DNA of 64,000 nt from an uncultured Acidovorax sp. (GTDB taxonomy: Bacteria > Pseudomonadota > Gammaproteobacteria > Burkholderiales > Burkholderiaceae_C), in assembly GCA_913774625.1 (NCBI GenBank), contig CAJYHL010000037.1, positions 5,353 through 69,352 of the forward strand, in the 5' to 3' direction. The notes under the pieces are model-generated. The model was not told the origin of the DNA, did no database searches, and worked only from the letters and a program-made list of their open reading frames with translations. Below are positions 49,807 through 63,224 of the stretch, in pieces; the first letter of the stretch is position 1, and each line of letters opens with the position of its first letter. The position numbers were made by a program, and so were the translations under genes.

Positions 49807-51519
49807 TCAACGGAACTTGGGCAAATTGAACTGCGGAGGCACGCCCATGCGCTTGTTGATGATCCACTGCTGCGCGATGGACAGCAGGTTGTTCGTCAGC
49901 CAGTACAGCACCAGGCCGGCCGGGAAGAAGAAGAACATCACGCTGAAGATCAGCGGCATGAACCACATCATCTTGGCCTGCATCGGGTCCGGCGGCGCAG
50001 GGTTCAGGGCCGTCTGCAGCAGCGAGCTGGCGGTCATCAGCAGGGGCAGGATGAAGTAAGGGTCGGGCGAGGACAGGTCGTGGATCCAGCCGATCCAGGG
50101 CGCGTTGCGCATCTCCACGCTGGACAGCAGCACCCAGTAGAGCGCCATGAACACGGGAATCTGGATCATGATGGGGAAGCAGCCGCCCATCGGGTTGACC
50201 TTCTCCTCGCGGTAGATGCGCATCATCTCCTGCTGCATCTGCTGCGGCTTGTCCTTCAGGCGCTCGCGCATCTCCATGATGCGGGGGTTGATGGCCTTCA
50301 TCTTGGCCATCGAGGCGTAGGCCTTGGCGTTCAGCCAGTAGAAGGCGATCTTCAGCAGCAGCACCAGCGCCACGATGGACCAGCCCCAGTTGTTCAGCAC
50401 CTTGTGCAGCTGCTCCAACAGCCAGTAGAGCGGCTTGGCCAGGATGGTCACCCAGCCGTAGTCCTTCAGCAGCTCCAGGCCCGGCGTGAGCTTCTCGAGC
50501 AGGGTCTCGATCTCCGGGCCCGCGAACAGGCGCGCGTCGATGGTCTTGCTCTGGCCCGGAGCGATCTCGCCCACGGAGGTGATCATGCCCACCGCGTACA
50601 GGTTGGTGTCCACCTTGCGCACGAACAGGTCGCGCTGGATGCCGTCGGCCAGCAGCCAGGCCGTGGCGAAGTAGTGCTGCACCATGGCCACGTAGCCGTT
50701 GTCGGCGGAACGGTCGATCTCGGCCTTGCCGCTTTCGATGTCCTTGAACTCGACCTTGTGGTACTTCTTGGCCTCGGTATAGACGGCCGGGCCGGTGAAG
50801 GTGGAGTAGAACGACGACTCTCCCGGCGGCTTGTTGCCGTCGCGCACCAGCTGCAGGTAGAGCTGGGGCGAAACCGGCGCCGTGCCGGTGTTGACCACCT
50901 CGTGCTTGACGGCGATGACGTAGGCGCCGCGCTGCACGGTCCAGGTCTTGACCAGCTTCACGCCGCCCAGGTCGGGCGACTCGAAGCGCACGCTCAGCTC
51001 GTTCTGGCCGTCGGCCAGCGAGCGCGGGCCGGGCACCACGGTCATGGGCGTCTTGTGGTTGGGGAAGTTGCCGCCGATCAGGCCGGTCTGCGCCACATAG
51101 ACCCGGTTGCCGCTCTCGTCCAGCAGCACGAAGGGCTTGGACTTGTCGGCCATCTCCGGGTACTTCAGCAGGTCGCCCTGGATCAGCGAACCGCCATCGC
51201 TGTCGAAGGTGAGGCGCAGCACGTCGGTATCCACGGTCACGCGCTCGTGCCTGGGAGCCGGAGCAACGCCGCCCGGCACCTGCTGCACGCCGGCCGCAGC
51301 CGCCGGAGCGGATGCCGTCGTCGCCGAAGGCACGCTGTTCGCGCCGCCGCCGGCGGCGGGCGACGAAGCGCCCGGGGTGGCCGGCGCCGCAGCCGTCTGC
51401 ACCTCGGGAGCCGGGAAGAAAGTGGCCTTGTTGCCGTTGTGGATCTGCCATTTGTCCCAGAGCAGGACCATGGAGAAGCCAAAGATCACCCACAGGATGG
51501 TGCGGCGAATGTCGTTCAT
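49807..51519 (-). CDS. yidC: Membrane protein insertase YidC
   Basis: DYGW, NWGWSIV, YREEKVNP..GC.P, PAGLVLYW. Confidence 0.96.
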   Translation of the reverse strand: MNDIRRTILWVIFGFSMVLLWDKWQIHNGNKATFFPAPEVQTAAAPATPGASSPAAGGGANSVPSATTASAPAAAAGVQQVPGGVAPAPRHERVTVDTDVLRLTFDSDGGSLIQGDLLKYPEMADKSKPFVLLDESGNRVYVAQTGLIGGNFPNHKTPMTVVPGPRSLADGQNELSVRFESPDLGGVKLVKTWTVQRGAYVIAVKHEVVNTGTAPVSPQLYLQLVRDGNKPPGESSFYSTFTGPAVYTEAKKYHKVEFKDIESGKAEIDRSADNGYVAMVQHYFATAWLLADGIQRDLFVRKVDTNLYAVGMITSVGEIAPGQSKTIDARLFAGPEIETLLEKLTPGLELLKDYGWVTILAKPLYWLLEQLHKVLNNWGWSIVALVLLLKIAFYWLNAKAYASMAKMKAINPRIMEMRERLKDKPQQMQQEMMRIYREEKVNPMGGCFPIMIQIPVFMALYWVLLSSVEMRNAPWIGWIHDLSSPDPYFILPLLMTASSLLQTALNPAPPDPMQAKMMWFMPLIFSVMFFFFPAGLVLYWLTNNLLSIAQQWIINKRMGVPPQFNLPKFR

Positions 51520-51812
51520 GAAGAAGTCTTCTTTGGTGAGGACGAGGAAGGTGCGGGGGGCATCCACCGCGAAAACAGCCGGGCGCCGCGCGGCACCACG
51601 TCAGGCACGGGATCGCACCCGCCGTCGCACCAGGGATGGCAGCGCGCCAGCCGGCGCAGCGTGAGATAACTGCCCACGGCAGCGCCGTGGCGCTCCAGCG
51701 CCTGCAGCGAATAGGCCGAGCAGGTGGGCTCGAAACGGCAGGCCGAACCCAGCCAGGGACTGAGCAGCAGCCGGTAGCCGCGCACGATACCCATGAGCAG
51801 CGCGCGCATCAT
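51516..51812 (-). CDS. yidD: Membrane protein insertion efficiency factor YidD
   Basis: CRFEPTCS.Y, RCHPWC.GG.DPVP. Confidence 0.93.
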   Translation of the reverse strand: MMRALLMGIVRGYRLLLSPWLGSACRFEPTCSAYSLQALERHGAAVGSYLTLRRLARCHPWCDGGCDPVPDVVPRGARLFSRWMPPAPSSSSPKKTSS

Positions 51813-52357
51813 GCCTCAAGCCCGTGACCCGCCCGGCCGGCAGTCGGCACGGACGTGGGGGAATCGCAGGAGCCGGCGGCCGCACGGGCGGCGGGCGCCG
51901 CGCGCCGGACGGCATGGCCGAAGAGCTGCAGCAGCTCTTCGCGCACGGCCTGCTTGAGACGGTCCGACGTGGCGCTGAGGAACTGCTTGCGGTCGAAGCC
52001 GGCACGCAGGCGCACCACATGCGCCGCCACCGGCAGCTGCGCCTCGAACGTGGTGGACACGACGTAGATCTGCCGCTTGATGGCGTTGCGCGTGACGGCG
52101 CGGCGCGCCCAGCGCTTGGGCACCATCGCGCCCATCCACGGGCCGGGCACCTGGTCCGCGGGCAAGCCGAACAGGGCCTGCGGCCCTTGCTCTGTCGGCA
52201 AGGAACCGGGCCCTGTGGGAGTCGGAGTCGAGGCCGCCTCGGCAGCCGCAGCGCCCGCCTCCAGCCCCAGCCGGTGCAATGCGAAATGCGCAGTGCGGGA
52301 GACGGTCCCCCCGGCCATGGCGGCCTGGAACTGGGGACGGGTCTTCAGCCGGTGCAT
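51809..52357 (-). CDS. rnpA: Ribonuclease P protein component
   Basis: RL..R.QF, PKRWARRAVTRNAIKR; between rpmH and yidD. Confidence 0.88.
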   Translation of the reverse strand: MHRLKTRPQFQAAMAGGTVSRTAHFALHRLGLEAGAAAAEAASTPTPTGPGSLPTEQGPQALFGLPADQVPGPWMGAMVPKRWARRAVTRNAIKRQIYVVSTTFEAQLPVAAHVVRLRAGFDRKQFLSATSDRLKQAVREELLQLFGHAVRRAAPAARAAAGSCDSPTSVPTAGRAGHGLEA

Positions 52358-52446
52358 GGCAGCGATGTCCCTGGCGGGACGTGGCAGCGCAAGTGGGGCG
52401 GGGAGGACAGCGGCGGGGCCGGAAAGCCGTGCGCGGACCGGAAGGC

Positions 52447-52581
52447 TTAGACGGCCAGGCGCTTGCGGCCCTTGGCGCGGCGGGCGTTGATGACGGCGCG
52501 GCCGCCGCGGGTCTTCATGCGCACGAGGAAACCGTGGGTGCGGGCGCGGCGGGTCTTGGAAGGCTGGTAAGTACGTTTCAT
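52447..52581 (-). CDS. rpmH: 50S ribosomal protein L34
   Basis: [44 protein letters not shown]. Confidence 0.97.
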   Translation of the reverse strand: MKRTYQPSKTRRARTHGFLVRMKTRGGRAVINARRAKGRKRLAV

Positions 52582-52888
52582 GGTCGATCCTTGAGGGTTG
52601 TTCAGTTACGGAGCCCGCCCCGCCGCACTTCGCACTGGGGCGAACGCTTAAAGAAAAGCCGAACGCTCGGGGCGAAAACGGGTGGCAGGCACCGCCGAGC
52701 AACTTCCCACACGAAGGAGAAAGAGGCCGCCCGGGCTTCATCACCCTGAACGCATTCAGGGAAACCGGCGATTATTGCAGGCTTGGAGGCAGGTGGCAAC
52801 TGCCTGCCGTGCAGCTAGCGCCAGGAGCGCGCCGGCGCAGGTCCACGCGCCAATGGCCTGACCGGGCACTGGGGCAAGTCCGCCAGGT

Positions 52889-52947
52889 TGTGGATAAGTC
52901 CTTGAAAAGCTAGAATCGCGCCCCTTTCCCAGTTCCTCCTATCCACA
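52889..52947. promoter_or_regulatory. Two DnaA boxes in the dnaA promoter region
   Basis: TGTGGATAA at 52889-52897 (perfect) and CTATCCACA at 52939-52947 (one mismatch). Confidence 0.75.
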
Positions 52948-52963
52948 ACAAGAATCCCCCGCA

Positions 52964-54385
52964 ATGACCGAGGAACCCTCCCACAGCCCCCTGCACGAGC
53001 CCACCGACGATGCCGGCCAGGGACTGTGGCAAGCCTGCGTAGAACAACTGGCGCAGGACCTGCCCGAACAGCAGTTCAACACCTGGATCAAGCCCCTGGC
53101 CGCCCAGGTGGCCCCCGACTTCTCCAAGGTCACCGTGCTGGTGGCCAACCGCTTCAAGCTCGACTGGATCCGTGCGCAGTACGCTGGCCGCATCTCCGCC
53201 CTGCTGGAAGGCCTCTATGGCCAGCCGGTCACGCTAGAGTTAGCGCTTGCTCAGCGTGAAAGCGTTGTGCGGACTTACGTCCGCCCTGCATCGGCCGAGC
53301 CCGTAGCGCAAAGCGAAGCCCTGCCGGCCGCATCCGACGAGGCCGCGCCCGGCGCCGGTGCCTTCCGCACCCGGCTGAACTCCGCCCTCACCTTCGAGAC
53401 GCTGGTGGAAGGCACGGCCAACCGCATGGCGCGGTCCGCCGCCATGCACGTGGCGGGCTCGCCCGGCCACCTCTACAACCCGCTCTTCATCTATGGCGGC
53501 GTGGGCCTGGGCAAGACCCACCTGATGCACGCCGTGGGCAACCGCCTGCTGCAGGACAAGCCCGACGCCAAAGTTCTCTACATCCATGCCGAGCAATTCG
53601 TGTCGGATGTGGTTAAAGCCTATCAGCGCCGCACCTTCGATGAATTCAAGGAGCGCTACCACTCGCTCGATCTGCTGCTGATCGACGACGTGCAGTTCTT
53701 CGCCAACAAGGACCGCACGCAGGAAGAGTTCTTCAACGCGTTCGAGGCCCTGCTGACCAAGAAGAGCCACATCGTGATGACGTCGGACACCTATCCCAAG
53801 GGCCTGACCAACATCCACGACCGCCTGGTGTCGCGCTTCGATTCGGGCCTGACCGTGGCGCTGGAGCCGCCCGAGTTGGAAATGCGCGTGGCCATCCTGA
53901 TCAACAAGGCCCGCGCCGAGAACGCCGACATGCCCGAGGAAGTGGCCTTCTTCGTGGCCAAGAACGTGCGCTCGAACGTGCGCGAGCTCGAAGGCGCGCT
54001 GCGCAAGATCCTGGCCTATTCGCGCTTCAACCAGAAGGAAGTCTCGATCCAGCTGGCGCGCGAAGCCCTGCGCGACCTGCTGTCGATCCAGAACCGCCAG
54101 ATCAGCGTGGAGAACATCCAGAAGACGGTGGCCGACTACTACAAGATCAAGGTCGCCGACATGTACAGCAAGAAGCGGCCGGCCTCGATCGCGCGGCCGC
54201 GGCAGATCGCCATGTACCTGGCCAAGGAACTCACGCAAAAGAGCCTGCCCGAGATCGGCGAGCTCTTCGGTGGCCGCGACCACACCACCGTGCTGCACGC
54301 CGTCCGCAAGATCGCGGGCGAACGCCAGCAGCTGACCGAGCTGAACCAGCAGCTGCACGTGCTGGAGCAGACGCTCAAGGGTTGA
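52964..54385 (+). CDS. dnaA: Chromosomal replication initiator DnaA
   Basis: [40 protein letters not shown]. Confidence 0.98.
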   Translation: MTEEPSHSPLHEPTDDAGQGLWQACVEQLAQDLPEQQFNTWIKPLAAQVAPDFSKVTVLVANRFKLDWIRAQYAGRISALLEGLYGQPVTLELALAQRESVVRTYVRPASAEPVAQSEALPAASDEAAPGAGAFRTRLNSALTFETLVEGTANRMARSAAMHVAGSPGHLYNPLFIYGGVGLGKTHLMHAVGNRLLQDKPDAKVLYIHAEQFVSDVVKAYQRRTFDEFKERYHSLDLLLIDDVQFFANKDRTQEEFFNAFEALLTKKSHIVMTSDTYPKGLTNIHDRLVSRFDSGLTVALEPPELEMRVAILINKARAENADMPEEVAFFVAKNVRSNVRELEGALRKILAYSRFNQKEVSIQLAREALRDLLSIQNRQISVENIQKTVADYYKIKVADMYSKKRPASIARPRQIAMYLAKELTQKSLPEIGELFGGRDHTTVLHAVRKIAGERQQLTELNQQLHVLEQTLKG

Positions 54386-54552
54386 CCTGCGCCACCCCGC
54401 CGGCCCGCTTATGAAGCGCACCCCGCAGGTACCGTCCCCGTTCGCGGGCAAAATGGCGTGTTGGACGGCCCGAGAGGGGGCCCGCAGCCCGGCGCCAGGT
54501 GCAGCGGGCCGCCGTCCATGCACCTCTTCCTATTCCACCGAAGGTTGACGAC

Positions 54553-55671
54553 ATGATTGTCCTCAAGGCAACACAAGACAAGGTTCTCGCAGTATTGCAA
54601 TCGGTGTCCGGCATCGTCGAACGCCGGCACACGCTGCCCATCCTGGCCAATGTGCTGATCCGCAAGACGGGCAATGCGCTGCAGCTCACCACCAGCGACC
54701 TGGAGATCCAGATCCGCACCACGGCCGAGCTGGGCGGCGACACGGGCGACTTCACCACCACGGTGGGCGCACGCAAGCTGATCGACATCCTGAAGACCAT
54801 GCCCGGTGACCAGACCGTGAGCCTGGAATCGCAGCAGTCGAAACTGGTGCTCAAGGGCGGCAAGAGCCGCTTCACGCTGCAGTCGCTGCCGGCCGAGGAC
54901 TTCCCGCTGGTGCAGGAATCCGCCGCCTTCGGCCCCGCGTTCAGCGTGCCGCAGAAGGTGCTCAAGGACCTGCTGGGCCAGGTCTCCTTCGCCATGGCGG
55001 TGCAGGACATCCGCTACTACCTCAACGGCATCCTGTTCGTGGCCGAAGGCAACACGCTGAGCCTGGTCGCCACCGACGGCCACCGCCTGGCCTTCGCCAG
55101 CGCCACGCTCGACGTCGAAGTGCCCAAGCAGGAAGTCATCCTGCCGCGCAAGACGGTGCTGGAGCTGCAGCGCCTGCTGTCCGACGCGGGTGGCGAAAAC
55201 CAGCCCCACATCGAGATGCAGTTCGCCAACAACCAGGCAAAGTTCACCTTCGGCGGCATGGAGTTCGTCACCAAGCTGGTCGAGGGCAAGTTCCCCGACT
55301 ACAACCGCGTGATCCCCAAGAACCACAAGAACTCGGTCACCCTGGGCCGCGCGCCCCTGCTGGCCAGCCTGCAGCGCACGGCCATCATGACCAGCGACAA
55401 GTTCAAGGGCGTGCGCCTGAACATCGAGCCCGGCACGCTGCGCGTGGCGTCCAACAACGCCGAGCAGGAAGAGGCCGTGGACGAACTCGACATCGACTAC
55501 GGCGGCGACACCATCGAGATCGGCTTCAACGTCACCTACCTGATCGACGCCCTGGCCAACATGGGCCAGGACATGGTGAAGGTGGAGCTCTCCGACGGCA
55601 ACAGCTCGGCGCTCATCACCATTCCCGACAACGACCGCTTCAAGTACGTCGTGATGCCCATGCGCATCTGA
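54553..55671 (+). CDS. dnaN: DNA polymerase III beta clamp
   Basis: RHTLPILANV, QDIRYYLNG, ATDGHRL, GKFPDY, YVVMPMRI. Confidence 0.97.
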   Translation: MIVLKATQDKVLAVLQSVSGIVERRHTLPILANVLIRKTGNALQLTTSDLEIQIRTTAELGGDTGDFTTTVGARKLIDILKTMPGDQTVSLESQQSKLVLKGGKSRFTLQSLPAEDFPLVQESAAFGPAFSVPQKVLKDLLGQVSFAMAVQDIRYYLNGILFVAEGNTLSLVATDGHRLAFASATLDVEVPKQEVILPRKTVLELQRLLSDAGGENQPHIEMQFANNQAKFTFGGMEFVTKLVEGKFPDYNRVIPKNHKNSVTLGRAPLLASLQRTAIMTSDKFKGVRLNIEPGTLRVASNNAEQEEAVDELDIDYGGDTIEIGFNVTYLIDALANMGQDMVKVELSDGNSSALITIPDNDRFKYVVMPMRI

Positions 55672-55849
55672 CGCGCACAGGTCTCGGAGGCGCAGGCGCG
55701 TCGCTACCATTTTGATAGCCTCATGCCCGCCCCCGATGCGCGCCGGAGCCGCTTTCGGACTCCGGACAGACCGCCACAACGATTGACAGATTGATTGACG
55801 GAAGCGCCGGGCTTTTCTCCCGCCGCCTCCACGGACACCCCAAGGCTAG

Positions 55850-58486
<2,637 letters not shown>

Positions 58487-58530
58487 AGCTGGCGTGTGAC
58501 TCCCAGAACTCCTGCAAATATTCTCACTAC

Positions 58531-58573
58531 TGAAATTGACAAAGCCCGGCATTGCCGGGCTTTGTCAATTTCA
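58531..58573. terminator. Perfect 20-bp inverted repeat (bidirectional terminator-like) at the island edge
   Basis: TGAAATTGACAAAGCCCGGC-ATT-GCCGGGCTTTGTCAATTTCA. Confidence 0.75.
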
Positions 58574-59023
58574 GGCCAACTATCAAAAATACCCTGCCAG
58601 GCCGCACTCCGACGCGGTCTGCCGTGAGATCGTCAATAGGTTCGACTCGAAAGTAAAGCGAAGTGGCTGGCGCCTGACGTATTGGTGTCGGCACATATCC
58701 ACTGAGAACACGCTCCAAGCGGCCAAGAGCAGCAAGAATCTGAAACCTGCCGAGAATTCAAGTCGCGGCAGGCAATAGGAGGACTGGGGCTATGAGCTCC
58801 TGACACAGCCACTGAAGAAAAGACGAGGGTAGGTAGGCATGCAGCAGAACATCCGCTCCAACTTCGACATGCTGAGGGCATACGAGCACCAGCTATGGCG
58901 CCTGGGCGCCTTGGCCGAGCGCTACTTCGCCGAAGACCCGAATACCAGTCTCCTCAAGCAGCGGCAGTTTGCAGAGCTGCTCGCGCAGAACCTTGCGGCC
59001 CGTGGCGGGCTCTACACGTCTCA

Positions 59024-59869
59024 GAGCCTGTTTACGATCTTTTTAGAGCCGACAATTGCTTGGTGAAAAGAAAGCCCTACCCAAGCGACATAAGCAGAGA
59101 GAAGTTCGCCGAGATCGAGCCCTTGTTGCGCAGCGTTCGGCGCAGTACCAAGCCCATAGAGCTGGATCTCTACGAGGTGTTCTGCGCGGTGCTCTACCTA
59201 CTGCGCACAGGCTGTCAGTGGAGGTTTCTTCCGCCGGAGTTTCCCAAGTGGCAGAACGTGTATGCGTACTGGCGCAAGTGGAGCGAGCCTGACCAGCACG
59301 GGATAAGCGTGCTGGAGCAGGCCCTCAAAAAATCAGGTTGGCGCGGCCCGCGAGAGACTGGGGCGCAGCGCCTCGAGCGCGCTCTTGATCGTGGACGCAC
59401 AGAGCGTGAAGAACACGGATACAGCGACCCACAAGGGCTATGACGCGGGCAAGAAAGTCTCGGGCGTCAAGCGCCACATTGCAGTGGACACCCAAGGGCT
59501 ACCGCACGCCATTGCAGTGACCACGGCAGAAGTGACGGACCGCAAAGGAGCCTTGCAGGCGCTGCAGCGCTGCCAACCTGCGCTGGGCAGGGTGCGAAGC
59601 CTGCTGTGCGACAGCGGCTACGTGGGCAAGCCGTTCGCCCTGGGCGTGCAAGAGATCCTGGGCGAGCACGTCACCGTTCAGATCGCCAAGCGAAGCGAGT
59701 TGCACGCGTTCAAGGTGATGCCCAAGCGCTGGGTGGTGGAGCGCAGCTTTGCCTGGTTGGACAAGAACAGGCGTTTATGGAAGAACTGCGAGAGGTTGCT
59801 CAACACCAGCTTGCAGTTCGTCCACTTGGCATTCTTGGCTTTGCTGTGTCGAAGATCGTAAACAGGTTC
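59024..59869 (+). mobile_element. IS5-family insertion sequence (IS1031-like group), 846 bp, TCA target duplication
   Basis: Terminal IRs GAGCCTGTTTACGATCTT / AAGATCGTAAACAGGTTC (17 of 18 match); TCA at 59021-59023 and 59870-59872. Confidence 0.92.
59063..59861 (+). CDS. IS5-family DDE transposase split by a +1 frame change at A6 (59327-59332)
   Basis: YPSD, LRTGCQWR in frame 2; IVDAQSVK, GVKRHIAVD, DSGY, RWVVERSFAW in frame 3. Confidence 0.88.
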
Positions 59870-62800
59870 TCAAGAGGAAAGCCAGTACGAGCTCATTCGT
59901 CGCCTGCAGTCAGAGAACCTGGTCCCCCGAGAGATCAAGCAGGTCTTTGACCAGATTCGAGTCACTGGCAACGCTGCCAACCACGCGCTGGCGGGTGATC
60001 ACGCCAAAGCGCTGGCTACACTGAAACTGGCTTGGCAGTTGAGCCTGTGGTTCCATCGAACCTTCAAGCAGCCTGACTTCAAGTCAGGACCATTTGTGCC
60101 GCCTGCGCCACCGCAGGACGAATCCAAAGAGCTGGAAGAAGAGCTGGCCAAGCTGCGTCAGGCGGTGTCTGACTATCAGAGCAAGCATGAACAAGCCGCG
60201 ACGGCATTGCATGCGGCTCAAACGCAGCTGACAGCCCTAGGTGAAGAGCGCTCCGTTTGGGAGCAGATCGCGACCGAGTCGGACCAGGCCAAAGCCAAAC
60301 TCGCAGCCCAACTGGCCGAGCTCCAGGCTCAAGCCAAGGCCGCCCCGCCAGACAGCCTGATGCAACTGGTCGTTTCAGCGAGCAAGGCCGCCACCCTTGT
60401 CGAGCTGGACGAGGCCGAAACTCGCCGGATGATAGACGCGCAGCTGCGCCAGGCGGGCTGGGAGGCTGACACTGAAGTCTTGAAATACAGCAAAGGGGCT
60501 CGCCCAGAAAAAGGGCGCAACCTGGCCATCTCCGAATGGCCGTGCGAGGGCCATCCCGCCGACTACGTGCTCTTCCGTGGCTTGGTCCCCATGGCAGTGG
60601 TTGAGGCCAAACGCCACAGCAAAGACGTCTCCGCTGACCTTCAGCAAAGCAAGCGATACAGCCGCACCTTCTCCCCCTGCGCGGAGATGCAGCTCCACGC
60701 GCAAAACTGGGGGGAGAAGTCTGAGTTCCGAATTCCCTTTGTGTTCGCCACCAATGGCAGGCCCTACCTGCGGCAGCTTGCTACCAAGAGCGACATCTGG
60801 TTCTGCGACCTGCGGGACACCAAGAACCGCAGCGCTGCTTTGGATGGTTGGTATTCACCAGAAGGCCTTCAGGCCCTGTTGCGCCAGGACGAAGGCAAGG
60901 CCCATGCTGAACTGGACAACACCCCGTTCAACTACGGCTTCCCGCTACGCTACTACCAGCAGGCTGCCATCAGGGCGACCGAAAGCAGCATCGCTGAGGG
61001 CCAGCGCGAAATCTTGTTGGCCATGGCCACCGGCACCGGCAAGACCAAGACCTGTATAGCGCTCATCTACCGGCTGCTGAAGTCGCAGCGGTTCCGCCGC
61101 ATTCTGTTCCTGGTGGACCGATCAGCTTTGGGCGAGCAGGTAGCCAACTCCTTCAAAGACACCCGCATGGAGCGTCTGCAAACCTTCGCAGATGCATTCG
61201 GAATCAAGGAGCTGGAGCACCAAACGCCTGATGCAGACACGGCCGTGCATATCGCCACTGTGCAGGGCATGATGCGCCGGGTGTTGTTTCCGGCAGAGGG
61301 CGTGGCGCCACCCACGGTGGATCAATACGACTGCATCGTCATCGACGAATGCCACCGGGGCTACACGCTTGACCGAGAGATGTCCGATACGGAACTCAGC
61401 TTCCGTGGCTTTGACGACTACATCTCCAAGTACCGTCGTGTGCTGGACTACTTTGATGCCGTCAAGATCGGCTTGACCGCAACACCCGCCCTGCACACCA
61501 CCGAGATCTTCGGCCCCCCGGTATACAGCTACAGCTACCGAGAGGCCGTGGTCGATGGCTTCCTGGTGGACTACGAGCCCCCGATCCAGATCCGCACCGA
61601 GCTCTCTGAAAACGGCATGACCTGGAAGGTGGGCGAAGAGGTCAAGATCTACGACGCGCAGCGCAACCAGATCGACCTGTTCAAGGCCCCGGACGAGATC
61701 AAGCTGAAGGTGGATGACTTCAACCGAAAGGTCATCACACGCCCGTTCAATGAGGCCGTTTGTGGCTACCTGGCCCAAGAGATCGACCCCAGTGGTCGGC
61801 GCAAGACCTTGATCTTCTGTGTGAGCAGCGACCATGCAGACCTGGTGGTCGATGTGCTCAAGAAGGCCTTGGAAGACCGCTACGGCGAGGTGGAAGACGA
61901 CGCCGTCATCAAGATCACAGGCAATGCCGACAAGCCGCTGGAGCTGATTCGCCGGTACAAAAACGAGCGCTTGCCCAATGTGGCCGTGACGGTAGACCTG
62001 TTGACCACGGGTGTTGACGTGCCAGAGATCTGCAATCTGGTCTTCCTGCGGCAGGTCAACAGCCGCATCCTGTTCGACCAGATGCTGGGCCGCGCCACCC
62101 GCTTGTGCGAGTTCGATGGCGAAGCCAAAGACTCTTTCCGGGTGTTCGATGCCGTAAAGATCTTCGAGGCCATTGGCAACATGACCGACATGAAGCCCGT
62201 GGTGGTGAACCCGAAGATCTCTTTCAAGCAGCTGGAGCGCGAATTCACCGAGGTGCAATCAGACGAAGCGCGTGAGCTGCTGCGTGAGCAATTCCTGGCC
62301 AAGCTGCAGGTCAAGAAGCGACACCTCAAGGGCAAGGACGCGCAAGACTTCGAAACCAAGGCTGGCATGACGCCTGATGCCTTCATCAAGAAGCTCAAGG
62401 CGCTCAGCCTGCCGGAGGTAGCTGCGTGGTTCACCCAGAACCCCGACCTGGGCGAGATCCTCGACCGCAAGGCCGCAGGCCAAAGCCAGCCCATGTACGT
62501 TTCGGAGCACCCTGATGCGTTCCTGCGTGCAGACCGTGGCTACGGCAACGCCAAGAGGCCCGAAGACTACCTGGATGAATTCAAGAAGTTCATCAGCAGC
62601 CACAGCAATGAGCTGCCCGCGCTGATGGCCGTGCTGACCAAGCCACGTGACCTGACGCGCAAACAGCTCAAAGAGCTGATCTTGGCCCTGGACCAAGCCG
62701 GCTTCAGCGAGGCCCGCCTGGCCACGGCCTGGCGAGAGATGAGCAACCAGGACATCGCCGCTCGCATCGTCGGCTACATTCGCCAGGCCGCGCTGGGCGA

Positions 62801-63109
62801 CGCCCTGTTGCCCTACAGCGAGCGGGTGGACCACGCGCTGCAAGCCCTGCTGGCCACCCCGCCCGGCGGGAAGCCTTGGACGGAGCCTCAGCGCAGCTGG
62901 CTCAAGCGCATTGCCGCACAAACCAAGGCCAACTTGTTGGTTGACCGCGAGGCACTGGACGACCCTGACCTGCTCTTCCGGCGAGAAGGCGGCGGGTTCA
63001 ATCGCCTCGACAAACTTTTCAATGGCCAGCTCCAACCGGTGCTGGACGCTTTCAACGATGCACTCTGGGCACCACCTGCCCAAAGTGCCTGACGCAGTAG
63101 TACTCATTC

Positions 63110-63224
63110 ATGGCCAAATCCCCGCAAGTTGCACATGACATCGGCGCCAAGCTCTGGTCGCTGTGCCATGTGCTGCGTGACGACGGTGTCACCTACCACC
63201 AATACCTGAGCGAACTGACCTACC
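63110..63224 (+). pseudogene. hsdM: Type I R-M methyltransferase subunit M, N-terminal fragment interrupted by an IS3-family element
   Basis: MAKSPQVAHDIGAKLWSLCHVLRDDGVTYHQYLSELTY matches the HsdM N-terminus; sequence breaks at TGAATCGCCCCGG. Confidence 0.85.

Larger units (their letters stand above)
58839..63092 (+). pseudogene. hsdR: Type I restriction endonuclease subunit R (EcoKI-like), interrupted by an IS5-family element
   Basis: N-fragment SNFDML..DPNTSLLKQRQFAE; removing 59024-59872 restores ...YTSQEESQY... in frame (1134 aa); DYVL..EAK nuclease motif, MATGTGKT, DECH. Confidence 0.9.

Noticed and set aside
52582-54552. oriC in the rpmH-dnaA or dnaA-dnaN spacers
   Set aside because: Only two DnaA boxes and no AT-rich unwinding element seen; consistent with dnaA autoregulation, not enough to call an origin
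58536-58778. 80-aa ORF after gyrB
   Set aside because: Starts inside the long palindrome, has no RBS and no recognisable motif
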